Positions 11,581 through 24,916 are shown, numbered from the stretch's first letter. The stretch is 45,595 bases of DNA from Chiloscyllium plagiosum (GCF_004010195.1 NC_057719.1:7146397-7191991); one strand, 5' to 3'. Numbers and translations: made by a program. The notes: generated by a model not told the origin, from the letters alone.

Positions 11581-12771
11581 TTCTGAAGCAGGATCATTGG
11601 ACTTGAAGAGTTAACTCTACTTTCTGGCCACAGATGCTGCCTGACCTGCTAACTTCAGCAATATCTGTATTTGCTTCAGATTTCTAGCAACCGCAGTTTT
11701 TTGTTTTATTTACAAAGGCAGCATTGGGATAGGTTGTGACAGACCTTATTAAACTGCCCGTTCTTCAGACTTGTGCACACAATGATTTGGCTGAGGTCCC
11801 AAAGAACTGAAATCATGAGGATTGTTGTACAATATAAGATGTGACCTTCCAATCAGGGAGCACAGATTTTATAAATTAAAACTAAAAATGAAAATGAAGT
11901 GGGGAGTGAGGAGAGCTTCTTGACCGATTTTAATGGTGAACTGTAAGTTTGTTTTTCTCTGAATTTCTTGAAATGTAGATTCATTTAGCAGTTAGGAAGC
12001 AAAGGCAATGTTTGCGTTCATTTCGAGGGGGCTAGAATTCAGGGATGATTCTAAAAGTGACGAAAGCTCCAACTAATTGCAAATGGAACATACTACAATA
12101 TGTTCTGACCTAATTTCTTCTATCCAGTCTCTTTGGTCACTACTGTCAATGCATTTCATTCCACAAAATTGTTGTTACTACTCCCAAGGGAGCCACTAAC
12201 CTCTAATATAAATGAAATAGCTATCAAAAATCATCCAGAAGCAGCTATGCACCCAGCAACTATGATGCATGACCTATTTTATATTTCTAAACAGTGTTAA
12301 CCTGAAAATCTATCATAGAGCAGTAAGCTGTCCGAACTCTCTCCATAATGGAACATTGTACAATTGCATGAACTCATAAGGTGAAAATTTAATCTTGGCT
12401 TTAAAGCTCCAACATCCATTTTACACTTGAATTCGTTTGGTGTTAAAATAGCATGTTCTTGATAAATACATCCTTATGAATCACTGTCACAAATTTGATT
12501 TCAATATTGAAGCTTATTTCTATTTAATGCATTATATTTTCATTGTGTCGTCAAGTTTAAAATAAATCTGGTTCTTAACACTTTTATCTATTACAAATTA
12601 ATTATATTTTTCCCTTGCTAAACACCCATTAATTCCCTAGATTTGGTTGACTTTGACTCCCAGAACTTCAATTCTAATTTTGCATTACTGGGAAGTATTT
12701 CATTGCCCATAGGTTCTGATTCTGATGAAACAACCAGGAAATCTGCTAATGTCCATTCAAGTTTTGTATAT

Positions 12772-13570
12772 TGTGATGCAAGGTCATTTTAGAGTTTGGA
12801 TTTTGAGCTAGTGGCATGTAGATTTTGGCCTGTGTGTGAAGGGATGTCATGATTAACTTGTCAATATTTATGGACCCTTGAACCAGGCTGAGAAAGGGAG
12901 AGAGTATGTTTGTGGAGTGATGAGGTAATTTGTTTACATTGTGAGTATTAACATTGGAAAGCAGTAGCTTTCTTTTCAAGAGTTTGGAATTGTTTTGCTG
13001 AGGAGAAAAATCTGCAGATTAGAACGTTTTTGATTTCAGTTTGCAAAAGTTCTTGGTTGAAGTTAGTGTAAAAAAAAATCACTTTCCCCTGAAGAAGAGA
13101 GTGAATTTCAGAGCAATTAGGAAATCGGCTTCTTCGATGTAATGGTTTTAGTTTGAAATTCCAGACCAGAATTATTCAGTTGGAACCTTAAAGCTAAGAA
13201 TGTCTAAAGTCACTACAGAGATTAATCAATAAAACAGGCATCAAGCTTTCAAGATGGAGATTTGAAGGAACTAAGTCAAACCTTTAATTGCGATAGAGAA
13301 GGGAACACACCCTAGTATTTGATTATGGGGAAAAGTGGTAGTGTGTTTTTAAAATCTTTCAAATTGTCTTGTATGGAAATGGCTTGGTTTATTTTATATT
13401 ATCTTCATTCCTTTTGTATAAGTTTGTTTCATTGTTAAAACCAAATCTGCAGCATTGTGCTTGTGTTTCAGTGAAAGCCCATCCTGTTACATAATAAAAA
13501 CCATAATCTGTCAAACCAGGTATCAGCCTGGCATCTAACTTGCTTAATAATATCAGTCTGAATCATAACA
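12772..13570 (+). mobile_element. Probable solo LTR
   Basis: It begins TGTGATG and ends CATAACA (imperfect terminal inverted repeat), with internal AATAAA signals. The flanks ATAT and ATGT could be a 4-bp TSD with one mismatch. Confidence 0.45.
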
Positions 13571-13714
13571 ATGTCAGTGAATGATTGCTAAAGTTTAAGT
13601 ATGATACCTTTTGGAAGAATTGAGGGAAACAGTTAGACAATTGTGCAAAGAACGTGCTTTCACGGGATAGATCGAAAGTTAAGCTTATGTTTAATTATGA
13701 TGAAAATATGTAGC

Positions 13715-15963
13715 TAGGCTGACAAGAGGGGAAGCCATATTGGATTTGGTGCTTGACAATGAACCAGGACAGGTGTCAGACCTCCTAGTTAGAGAGCATT
13801 TTGGTGATAGTGATCACAACTTCCTGAACTTTACTATAGTCATGGAGAGGGATAGGAGCAGACGGTATGAGAAAGTATTTAATTGGGGCAGGAACTGGGG
13901 CACCTAAGTTGGTACAGATATTCTCAGAGAAATGCGCAGCAGAAATGTGGAAATTGTTTAGGGAGCACTTGCTGATAGTGCTAGTTAGGTTTGTCCTACT
14001 GAGGCAAGGAAGGGATGGTAGCGTGAAGGAACCTTGGCTGGCAAGAGATGTGGAACATCTAGTCAAGAGGAAGAGGGGAGCTAACTTAAGGTTGAGGAAG
14101 CTAGGATTGGACAGGGTTCTATAGGGTTACAAGGTAGCCAGGAAGGAACTGAAAAATGGACTTAGCAGAGGTAGAAGGGAGCATGAAAGAGCCTTGGCAG
14201 GTAGAATCAAGGAAAACCTCTGCGTGGCCAGAGTGAGGGTAGGGCTGATCAGGGCTAGTGGAGGGAACTTGTCCTTGGAGTCGGAAGAGGTAGGGGAGGT
14301 CTTAATGAATACTTTGCTTCAGTATTCTCTAGCGAGAGAGACCTCGTCATTTGTGAAGACAGTGTGAAACACTGGAACCAATTGTTGTTAAGAAGGAGGA
14401 TGTGCTGAAAATTTTGAAAAAGCATGAGGATAGATAAATCCTCTGGGTCAGACAAGATATGCCCATGGTTACTTTGGGAAGCACAGGAAGAGACTGCTGC
14501 ATCTTTGGCAGTAATATTGCGTCCTCACTGTCCACTGGAGTAGTATCAGATGATTGGAGGGTGGCAAATGTTATTCCCTTCTACAAGAAAGAGAATAGGG
14601 GTATTCCTAGAAATTACAGACCAGTCAGTCTGTCTTCTGTGGTGGGCAAATTATTGGAGTGGATTTTGAGAGACACGATTTATGATTACTTGGAAAACCA
14701 TCGTTTGATTAGAGAGAGTCGGCATGGCTTTGTGAGGGGCAGGTCATGCCTCACAAGCCTTACTGAATTCTTTGAGGATGTGACAAACCTCATTAAAGGT
14801 AGAGCAGTGGATGTGGTGTAAATGGATTTTAGCAAGGCGTTTGATAAGGTTCCCATTGGTAGGCTCATTCAAAGAGTAAGGCTGCATGGGATACAGGGAA
14901 ATGTGGTTGTCTGAATGCGGAATTGGCTGGCCCATAGAAAACAGAGCGTGGTAGTAGATGGAAAGTATTCAGCTCGAAGCTCAGTGACCACTGGTGTTCC
15001 ACAGCGATCCGTTCTGGGACTTCTGCTCTGTGATTTTTATAAATGACTTGGTTAAGAAAGTGGAAGGGTGCGTTAGTAAGTTTGCCGATGACACTAAGGT
15101 TGGTGGAGTGGTGGATAATGTGGAGGGCTGTTGTAGGATGCAACTGGACAATGACAGAATGCTGAGCTGGGCTGAGAAGTGGCAAATGCAGTTCAACCTG
15201 GAAAAGTGTGAAGTGATTCATTTTGGAAAGTCGAATTTGAATGCAGATTACAGGGTTAAAGGCAGGATTCTTAGTGGTGTGGAGGAACAGAGGGATCTTG
15301 GGGTCCATGTCCATAGATCCCTCAAAGTTGCCACCCAAGTTGATAGGGTTGTTAGGAAGGGGTACAGTTCGGTTGCTTTCATTAGCAGAGGATTGAGTTT
15401 GAGAACTGCGAGGTTATGCTGCAGCTCTATAAAAACCCTGGTTAGATCACACTTGGAATATTGTGTTCAGTTCTGATCACTTCATTATAGGATAGATGTG
15501 GAAGCTTTAGAGAGGGTGCAAAAGAGATTTACCAGGATGCTGCCTGGACTGGAGGGCATATCTTATGAAGAAAGATTGAGGGAGCGAGGGCTTTTCTCAT
15601 GAGTGAAGAAGGATGAGAGGTGATTTGATTGAGGTGTATAAGATGTTGAGAGGCAGAGGTGGAGTGTAGAGCCTGAGACTTTTTCCCAGGGTGCAAGTTG
15701 CTATCACGAGGCAGTATAATGTTAAGGTGATTGGAAGAAGGTATAGGGGAGGTGTCAGAGGTAGTTTCTTTACATGGTGGGTGTGTGGAATGCACTGTCA
15801 GCGGTGGTAGTAGAGTCAGATACATTAGGGACATTTGACTGACTCTTAAATAGGCACATGGATGATAGTTAAATGAAGGATATGTAGGTTAGTTTGATTT
15901 TAGAGTAGGATAAAAGGTTGGCACAACATTGAGGGCCGAAGGGCCTGTACTGTTCTATGCTCT
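13715..15963 (+). mobile_element. 5'-truncated CR1 LINE, fragmented ORF2
   Basis: Motifs HFGDSDHN, EPWL, NYRPVSLSS, KFADDTKVGG and HLEYCVQF across several frames. The 3' end reads GGGCCGAAGGGCCTGTACTGTTCTATG. Confidence 0.93.
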
Positions 15964-16522
15964 AAAAGTTTGCTGCCTAACTCGTCCATTCCCCTCCAAA
16001 AGAATTTTCTTCACATTTTAAAGCCAATTTCATAATATTTTTGGGTCTGTTGTAACCATGAAAACTTTCAGGCCGAGACATTTTTGGATACTTTAAAATA
16101 CCTGATTATTGTGCAAATGTAGTTGAAATGATTCATAATGCATTGCCTTATTAAAACTGTTATTTATTTTTTAAAAAAACCTGTTAATGTAATGTTAACC
16201 CTGCAGACCAAGCGCATCTGATGAAATGTTAACATCTAAAGCCACAAAACCAACTTGTTCCAAAGCTCAACACATGTTTATTATGATGAGGCTTAATTTC
16301 TTTGTCTTCTAGCTTCACTGCTGATCAGGTTAGTTTCCCAGGCTTTGCAAAACCTGACACTAAAGGCAGATGAGGAAGCAAATTTTTTTCCCCAGCAACT
16401 TTATGGCAGGGAACAGCTGAAGTGTGTACCTCCTGAAGCTAACTGCTTTCGTACCTGTGCTTGTAGAGCAAGAAACTTTGTTGCTCAGTGCAGTCTCTAC
16501 CACTTGACAGAAAGCCAAGCTT

Positions 16523-16741
16523 CGAGGAGAAAGTGAAGACTGCAGATGCTGGAGATCAGAGCTGAAAATGTGTTGCTGGAAAAGCGCAGCAGGTCAGGCA
16601 GCATCCAAGGAACAGGAGAATCGACGTTTCGGGCATAAGCCCTTCTGGAATTCCTGAAGAAGAGCTTATGCCCAAAACGTCAATTCTCCTGTTCCTAGGA
16701 TGCTGCCTGACCTGCGCTTTTCCAGCAACACATTTCCAGCA
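16523..16741. mobile_element. Fold-back PLE-terminus insertion
   Basis: A near-perfect palindrome centred on GGAATTCC (about 16647-16654), with a 12-bp TSD AAAGCCAAGCTT at 16511-16522 and 16742-16753. Both hammerhead cores are damaged. Confidence 0.9.
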
Positions 16742-17129
16742 AAAAGCCAAGCTTGTCAATCAACCTGACTTCCAGGCAGGACAAGCTGTTTTTAATGAAA
16801 TGAAAATCCCATAAGCTGTTGTTTTGAAACTCCTTGATGATGTGAAAATATGAACTGTTGGATTCCAGCAGTAAAACTATTTTCACACTGCTTGTAAATC
16901 CACCACCCAAGCCTTTGTCTGATCCACCACCTGAATCTTTGATGGTTCACAGTGTAGAGATCTTGATTCCATTGGAGCTACTTCTGTATTATTATTTTGA
17001 AAGAATTTACTCATATAACCAAACCAATGTTAATGCAACTTAGCTTTGAATAAGTTGTGGTTCATACTTGTTTTTCCCTCTGCATGGGTTCTGTTTCATC
17101 CTTGTTCTTCAGAGAACATGACTTTGGAC

Positions 17130-18110
17130 GCAACAGCAGCAACATATATTTATATAGCACATTTAATGTAACTAAACATCCAAGGCACTTCACAGAAACA
17201 TGGTAAACAAGATATTCCACTGAACCTTGTAAGGAAATAGTAGGTTGGATTGCTAAGAGCTTGGTCCAAGTGCTCGGTTTCGAGAAACATCTTAATGAAG
17301 GAAAATAGCACAAAGGCAGAGGGGCATAGGGAAAGAGTCCTTGAACTTAAGGTTAAGTAAGAGAAGGCACAGCCATCAATGGTGGAATTAGGAATGCTGA
17401 AGATGCCAAAATTATATTAACCCAAAAATATTGGAAGGTTGTGGGGTTGAGGTTGTAATTATGAGGGCTGAGGCCATGGAACAATTTGAAAACCAGGATC
17501 AGGATTTCATGACAGTATGTTGCTTAACTGAAAGCTAATGTGGGTTAGAGGATCCAGGTGATAAGCGAATGGGCTTTGGTTAAGTCATGGGCAGCAGAGT
17601 TCAAATTTATGGAAGGTTGCATATGGATAGAAGTCAGACTTGGAAGGCACTAGAATCATCATGAGTCACAAAGTTTGCTCTTAAAATAAAAAAGAGCTGT
17701 ACTGTCCTAGTTTTTCCCCATGTACTTATCAGGACAGGATCGCAATACCGAATCTCATGGGAACAATAATTCATACAGTATGTGGAAAGATTGCTGATAG
17801 TTTGACAAGCTGACTATGACTTAGATGTTGCTATGAATATTGATGATCCATTTCCACTGCATCTGTGAAACAAGCAACTACATGGGTGTAAATGAAAGGT
17901 TCAGCAATAGGTTGAGAGGTGGCTGAAATTGGATGATGAGGTAGAAATAGACCATTGTAATTATGTTGTGAATTATATGGTTGGAAATTCATCTTGAAAC
18001 CAAATATCGCAGGATTAATAATCCTGCCAGAGAGCAGGATGTAATCGGATGTAATCAGTTTAGAGCAAGAGCAATGGCTTCTATCTCCCCAATATTTGAT
18101 TAGAATTTAC
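17130..18110 (-). mobile_element. Old L2-like LINE remnant, interrupted around 17660-17870
   Basis: TATTTATATAGCACATTTAATGTAACTAAACATCCAAGGCACTTCACAG resembles the reverse complement of an L2-type 3' tail. The body is purine-rich and degraded. Confidence 0.45.
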
Positions 18111-18149
18111 TGTGATGGTACTGTCTGTATTTACTGTTGAGAAGGTTAT

Positions 18150-20160
18150 GCAAGCTAAAGAACTTAGAGAAATAAATAGTGATACCTTAAAAATGTCCAT
18201 ATAGAGAGGTAGTGCTGGACATCTTAAAATGCATAAAGGTGGATAAATTCCATCCTTAGATGTATCCCAGAACTTTATGGGAAGCTAGGAAAGCAATTGC
18301 TGGGCCCCTTGCTGAAATATTGGTGTCATTGACAGCCACAGCCTGAAGACTTGAGGATGGCTGATGTGGTGCCATTATTTAAGAAAGATGGTAGGGAAAA
18401 GCCAGGGAACTAAAGATCGGTGAGCCTGACACTGGTGGTGGATATGTTGTTAATGAATTGAGGGAAAGGATTTACATGTATTTGAAAAGGCAAAGACTAA
18501 CAAGCGATAATGAGTGTGTCTTTGTGCGTGAGAAATCCTATCTCACTAACTTGATTGAGTTTTTTTGAAGAGGTGACACAGAAGACTGATGAAGGCAGAG
18601 TAGTGGAAGTTGTCTACATGGACTTCAGCAAAGCTTTCAACAAAGTTCCACATTGTAGAACGGTTACCAAGGTTAGATCACATGATACAAAATTGGCTTG
18701 AAGTTAAGAGACAGAGGATAGCGATGAAGGTTGTTTTTCGAACTGGAGGCCTGTAACCAGTAGTGTGCCACAGGATCGGTGCTGGATCCACTGATTTTTG
18801 TCATTTATGTAAATGATTTGGATATGAATGTAAGAGATATCATTATTAAGTTTGCAGATGACACCAAAATTAGTGGTATATGGAAGAGTGAAGATTATTT
18901 TCTCAGACCTTGATGGGATAGGCCAATGAGTGGCAGAGGTAGTTTAATTTAAATAAATGTGAGGTATCGCATTTTGGTAAGGCAAGTCACTTTGTACACT
19001 TCATGGTAAGGTCCTGGGGCGTATTGATAAACAGAGAGACCTTGAGGTACAGGTTCATAGTTCCTTGAAAATGGAGTCACACGTAGACAGGGTAGTGAAG
19101 GTGGTGTTTGGTCTGCTTCCCTTTATTGGTCAATGTATTGCCTGTAGAAGTTGGGATGTCATGTTACGGCTGTACATTGGTTAGGGCACTTTTGGAATAC
19201 TGCATTTCATACTGCTATAGGACAAACTTGAACGGGTTCAGCAAAGGTTGTGAAACTTGAACGGGTTCAGCAAAGGTATCCAAGGATGTTGCCAGGGTTG
19301 GAGGATTTGAGCTATTGGGAGAGGCTGAATAGGCTGGGGCTATTTTCCGTGGAGCATCGGAGACTGAGGGGTGGGTTACCTTTATAGAGGTTTATAAAAT
19401 CATAAGAGGCATGGATAGGGTGAATAGCAAGGTGGTTTTCCCAGGGTCATATAGTTGAAAACTAGAGGGCATAGGCTTAAGGTGGGAGGGGAAATATTTA
19501 AAAGGGACATTAGGAGGAGGTTTATCATGCAGAGAGTGGTGCGTGTATTCAGTGGGCTGCTAAAGGATTATTGTCGCTGGAGTTCAGACAAGTGAGGGGG
19601 GAATCTCAGAGACTTATAAATTTCTAACATAACTCGACAGGGTAGATGCAGGGAAGATGCTCCCAATGGTGGGGGCATCCAGAACCAGGGGTCACAGTCT
19701 GAGGAATCGGGGTGGACCATTTAGGACAGAGATGAGACATTTCTTCACCCAAAGAGTGGTGAGCCTATGGAATTCATTACTACAGGAAGGAGCTGATGTC
19801 AAACCCTTGAATGTATTCAAGAGGCGGCTAGATATAGCACTTAGAGCGAATGGGATCAACGGTTATGGGGAGAAGGCAGGATTAGGCTATTGAGTTGAAT
19901 GATCAACCACGATCGTGATGAACGGCAAAGAATGCTCAAAGGACCAAATGGCCTTTTCCTTGCTCCTATCTTCTATGTTTCTAAGCTGATACAATTATAA
20001 CATTTAAAAGGCATCTGGATGGGTACATGAATAGGAAGGGTTTAGAGGGGTATGGGCCAAATGCTAGAAAATGGGGCTAGATTAAATTAGAATATCTGGG
20101 CGGCATTGATTAGTTGAACCGAAGGGTCTGTTTCCATGCTGTACAACTGTATAATTCTAG
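18150..20160 (+). mobile_element. Decayed CR1 LINE with nested CR1 3' fragment (about 19568-19982)
   Basis: Motifs MDFSKAFNKV and KFADDTKI. There are two successive CR1 C-termini/3' UTRs. The nested copy reads RTRGHSL...FFTQRVVSLWNSL and ends TTCTATGTTTCT. Confidence 0.88.
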
Positions 20161-21210
20161 AAATTCTGGAATTTCTCATTCAATAGTGCTTCTGAGATAA
20201 TCGGCATGGTAATCTAGCCCAATATCTTAATTAGATGACCCATCTTTGATTTGCGCTTTGCTATTTCACTTTTAGGCAAAGTATTTTATATTATAATTTA
20301 GAGTTCAAATAATAAACACTTATTGCAAATACAATGTGAGCCATCTAAAATGTTGTCACGACTACCCACCAACACACCAAATTTCTGTATTTGTATTCAT
20401 AAAAGTATAAACACTAAAGTTTCTTTAATAAATTATAACTAGGATGAATGAACTGTTAGCTATTTGTTAATTTTGGATTTTTATGCATTAATGGCAGTTG
20501 TGAAAATTGATTTGGTAATTTGTGTTTTTGCATTTAACCTGTTTGTGACTGGTGCAAGAATAGCATTGTATCTTTCCACTTGAAAGCATGTAAACTAACT
20601 GCTCCTTTCAACTGAGAAAATAATGCGTAATATTGTACAATAATAATAATGTATGAATGAACATCACAGCTTTGGAGTATAACTGAAGGAGTTTGAAGTA
20701 TGGATTTTTAAAACTTTTTCCTTAAGCTGAAAACAGTGTTCAAAGTTCGAAACACTTCAGTATGAGTTGTAGCTATTATTGAGTCATTACATTTCTCAGC
20801 AAAAAACTGCGAATGAGTGAAACTGCTTACTTTTATATTTCTTGGTATACAGCTTAATGAAAGTAGCTGTATCAGAAATATTATGCCACCTTATTTGGAA
20901 GTTGTTGAAATCAATATCATTTGTGAAATAATTTGTATTTATAACCTACGGTTGCCCCTAATTTTCTATTATGTAGACGTCTGCATGGCAGTGACTTCCA
21001 CATGTGTGTTGGCACAATCATTGGCGTGTAAAGAACCTCCAAGAAGCCCCACAGCTTAGTCTGGAGGTTGTTTACAATGCACCTTTCATATCTTCAGTAT
21101 GACCCGAGCAATTCCAATTGTTGTGTACACAGATGCAACGAAGATTCCACAAATGATAAAAGTTGAAAGAAATAAACAGTTGCATTGTCTTGTGTTTTTC
21201 ATGACAGTTG

Positions 21211-21425
21211 CTGAAAATGTGTTGCTGGAAAAGCGCAGCAGGTCAGGCAGTTTCGGGCACAGGCCCTTCTTCTAGGCCCTCCTTCAGCATTCCTGAAGAA
21301 GGGCCTATGCCCGAAACGTCGATTCTCCTGTTCCCTGGATGCTGCCTGACCTGCTGTGCTTTTCCAGTAACACATTTTCAGCTCTGATCTCCAGCATCTG
21401 CAGACCTCACTTTCTCCTCAAAGAC
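21211..21425. mobile_element. Fold-back PLE-terminus insertion
   Basis: Inverted arms with a 16-bp TSD TTTTTCATGACAGTTG at 21195-21210 and 21426-21441. It is inserted into what looks like an old SINE/L2 tail. Confidence 0.9.
21290..21325 (+). ncRNA. Minimal hammerhead ribozyme core
   Basis: TTC-CTGAAGA-AGGGC-CTAT-GCCC-GAAAC-GTC-GATTC, with predicted cleavage after 21320. Confidence 0.8.
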
Positions 21426-21777
21426 TTTTTCATGACAGTTGGCCATCTCAAGGTGCTTTACAGCCAATTAAGTACTTTTGCACTTACTATTTAATCTTTT
21501 CATGGGCATGGTGGTGCTTAGAGGAGGAATGTTGACTGAATTTGTATCTTATCAAATGTCCCAAGGGATCCAAACATCATCATCACCATCAGGGAAGGAA
21601 GATTGAAAATCTTCCCTTGAATGAAACAGTTTGTCCCACAGCAGATAGACATATAGGTTGAAACTAATGATATAAACAACTCATGAAGCCAGATATAAGC
21701 AACTAACTTGATGGAAAGCTCACAGGGGTCTCATCTTATTGTGCATCACAATGCATTGTTGGCCATACCCTGATTGG

Positions 21778-22090
21778 ATAAGATAGGGTGGACAGGGAGA
21801 CCCTTTTTCCAAGAATGATAACGGCGAGCACGAGGGGGCATGGCTTTAAATTGAGGGGTGATAGATATAGGACAGATGTCAGAGGTAGTTTCTTTACTCA
21901 GAGTAGTAAGGGTATGGAATGCTTTGCCTGCAACGGTAGTAGATTCGCCAACTTTAAGTACATTCAAGTCGTCATTGGACAAGCATATGGACGTACATGG
22001 AATAGTGTAGGTTAGATGGGCTTCAGATTGGTATGACAGGTCGGCGCAACATCGAGGGCCGAAGGGCCTGCACTGCGCTGTAATGTTCTA
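21778..22090 (+). mobile_element. CR1 3' end inserted in L1 ORF2
   Basis: Close match to 4455-4755. TGG is duplicated at 21775-21777 and 22091-22093, and the L1 frame FWDT|NQGMANN rejoins across it. Confidence 0.9.
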
Positions 22091-23229
22091 TGGTATCCCA
22101 AAAAGCCATGAACCTCCTCGTGATATACTGAACAAAGTTGATATCCTTCAACAGAAACTGATCCATGCACCACTGCCACGTGCCTACTCCACTACCTTTG
22201 GTCTTAACATCTAAGTATACTGCGCATGGTCTGAAATAGTTATACTCTCAATTCTGCAAGTCAACACTATGTCCAAACAAACTGACGGAACAAGGAATGT
22301 ATCAATTCTTGTGTGGCACCTGTGCAGGTTGGAGTATAAGGTAAAGTCCCTCCCATTCAGGTGGAGGTACCTCCACACATCTCACACAAGTCCACTACTT
22401 GTCGAGACTGGCAAGGTGTACCCAACAGCCCTCTTGGCAACCTGTCTGTCCCAGGGTACATGAGACAAATAAAGTCTCCTTCTATAATCGTACGGCACAC
22501 CCCACGAGCCATTAACTGAGAGACTACGTCAACTAAAAATTTGAAAGGGTGCACCAGGGAACACTAAATGTTCAGGATGCCATGCTCTTTTTCTCTCTTT
22601 TCCCCCCCTCCCAGGTAACTTCAGGTGTTCCCTGTCAGTCAAATGTGTCTCTTACAACAGCACGATGTCAACCCTTTCCTTCTTGAGATTTGAAAGCAGC
22701 TTTTTCCTTTTAATGGGGAAGTGGCTCCCCTTTATGTTGCAGATGCACCACCTGAACGGATCACTAGCCATGACTGCATACTACAGCCCAGAGTCCCCGA
22801 GAAGGAGAAGCCCAATCAATGTGTGACGAGTGGAGAAAAAAGAGACTTCTTCAAATCTGAATACTATTCCTACAACACTACCAGAATGACCAAAACTTAA
22901 AAAAAAAAAAACCTCTACCCCTCCCCAACTTAAACAAATGAACACAAAAGCACAAATTTCCAGAGATCACCCCTCCCCCCCTCATAGGGGGCATTCACTC
23001 CCAACTTCATAACCATCCTAGCACTTTCCAGTTAAGACTGTGCTGCAAACCCAAGCAAGAAAGAAAACATATTATTTACAATCCAACCAGTTAACAATGG
23101 GCATCCACCCCTCCCTCTCCTCATCTCAACCCCACACATCTTTACGTCAAAGGAGTCACCGCCCCTCATCCAGCAAAACAGAACAACAGACTAACTAGTA
23201 ACCTCAAAACAGACATAATATAGATCATA

Positions 23230-23914
23230 GGAGAAAGTGAGGACTGCAGATGCTGGAGATCAGAGCTGAAAATGTGTTGCTGGAAAAGCGCAGCAGGTCA
23301 GGCAGCATCCAAGGAGCAGGAGAATCGACGTTTCGGGCATGAGCCCTTCTTCAGGAATGAGGAATGTGTGCCAAGCAGGCTAAGATGAAAGGTAGGGAGG
23401 AGCGACTTGGGGGAGGGGTGTTGGAAATGCGATAGATGGAAGGAGAGCAAGGTGAGGGCGATAGGTCGGAGTGGGGGTGAGTGCGGAGAGGTCAGGAAGA
23501 AGATTGCAGGTTAGGAAGGTGGTGCTGAGTTCGAGGGTTGGGACTGAGACAAGGTGGGGAGAGGGGAAATGAGGAAACTGGAGAAATCTGCGTTCATCCC
23601 TTGTGGTTGGAGGGTTTCTAGGCAGAAGATGAGGCGCTGTTCCTCCAGCCATCGTGTTGCTATGGTCTGGCGATGGAGGAGTCCAAGGACCTGCATGTCC
23701 TTGGTGGAGTGGGAGGGGGAGTTGAAGTGTTGAGCCACGGGGTGGTTGGGTTGGTTGGTGCGGGTGTCCCAGAGGTGTTCTCTGAAACGTTCCGCAAGTA
23801 GGCGGCCTGTCTCCCCAATATAGAGGAGGCCACATCGGGTGCACTCTGAAACGTTCCGCAAGTAGGCGGTCTGTCTCCCCAATATGTAGTCTGAAACGTT
23901 CCACAAGTAGGCGG
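23230..23914 (-). mobile_element. Penelope-like element (family A), 5'-truncated, inserted in L1 spacer
   Basis: GIY-YIG translation CTRCGLLYIGETGRLLAERFREH and a full terminus. The 13-bp TSD AATATAGA(T/A)CATA lies at 23217-23229 and 23915-23927. Confidence 0.92.
23322..23358 (-). ncRNA. Minimal hammerhead ribozyme core
   Basis: The minus strand reads ATTC-CTGAAGA-AGGGC-TCAT-GCCC-GAAAC-GTC-GATTC. Confidence 0.8.
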
Positions 23915-24074
23915 AATATAGAACATACCAGATTTTACACCTGAGCAAAATCAATCCTATAAAGCCCGAAACCTCAAAAGGGAAAAGAACAAAGAGAAAG
24001 AAGTTACCAAAAAAGGTTGTATTATGCCATTGTCCGTACATCTCTTTTCTTCCTTCCTTCTCGACCAAAGTCTA

Positions 24075-24916
24075 TCATTTCAGCGAGTCCAAAAATTCTT
24101 TTTATTTTTTCCGCCAAGTCGAAGTTGTAGACAGATCCCCCATAACTGAAGTGTAGCACTGCCGGGTACCTCAGAGTATTGAACACTTGTCGTTTTTTTT
24201 TTTCTTTACATCATCAAAAACCTTCCTTTTCTTAATTATAGCCCCAGAAAAGTCATGAAGAAGCATTATTTTCGAGCCTTTAAAAGCCAAAGTCTGTGGA
24301 TCTTTCCCCAGTCTTCTGGCTGTTTCTATTATTAAATGCTTTTCCTTATAATGCTGAAGTCACACTAGGACCGGGTGGGGGCAGTGGGCCGGCTTGGACC
24401 TACACTGCGATCCAGTAGGCCCGCTCCACACTCACCCAGCCCGACTCGATCTCCAGGCCCAGCAACCCCGAAAGCCATCCCTCAAGGAAGTCAGCGAAGT
24501 TTTCACCTTCATGCTCAGGTAAGCAAAAAATCTGTAGATTTTGTTTCTCTGGCCTCTGTTTTCGAGGGTGTCTACTTGTTCCTGCAGGGCCCGAACCTGG
24601 CCTTCCAAGGTTTGTACCTGCCCATCGGAGCTCTCGGTCGCGGCCTCTGAGGCCGTGGTCCTCTGTTCCACAGCTTCTATGCGCTGATCCAAGGTTCGGA
24701 TCTCTTGCTCATGCTTTGCCAGCACGGCAGTGATTAGTTCCAGCGCTCCTTCGATCTTGTCACGGAAGTTTGTAAAATCTGTTAGTAACTGCTGCTGCTC
24801 CATTGAACTCAAGGGCACCGGCACAGGAGCAGAGATAACAGTGGCGGGTGTACCCAACATAGTCGGGGAGTGCCCTGCCTGCTGCACTCCCTAACTCCTT
24901 TTCCCTTTGTCTTCAT
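24075..24916 (-). pseudogene. Frameshifted L1 ORF1 (coiled coil plus RRM/CTD region)
   Basis: An ATG at 24916, a heptad-rich segment (ORF track 24432-24887) and an LENR..RN motif. A later frame ends ...EFLDSLK* at 24075. Confidence 0.7.

Noticed and set aside
16523..16741. pre-miRNA or terminator hairpin
   Set aside because: The hairpin is fully explained by inverted PLE termini with a TSD, and there is no small-RNA evidence in the sequence.
23780..23914. Three short direct repeats as a CRISPR-like array
   Set aside because: The repeats are PLE coding sequence with irregular spacing in eukaryotic DNA, and there are no cas genes.
24432..24887. Host coiled-coil protein exon
   Set aside because: The LENR..RN motif, the upstream L1-type 5' end and the downstream endonuclease identify it as L1 ORF1.
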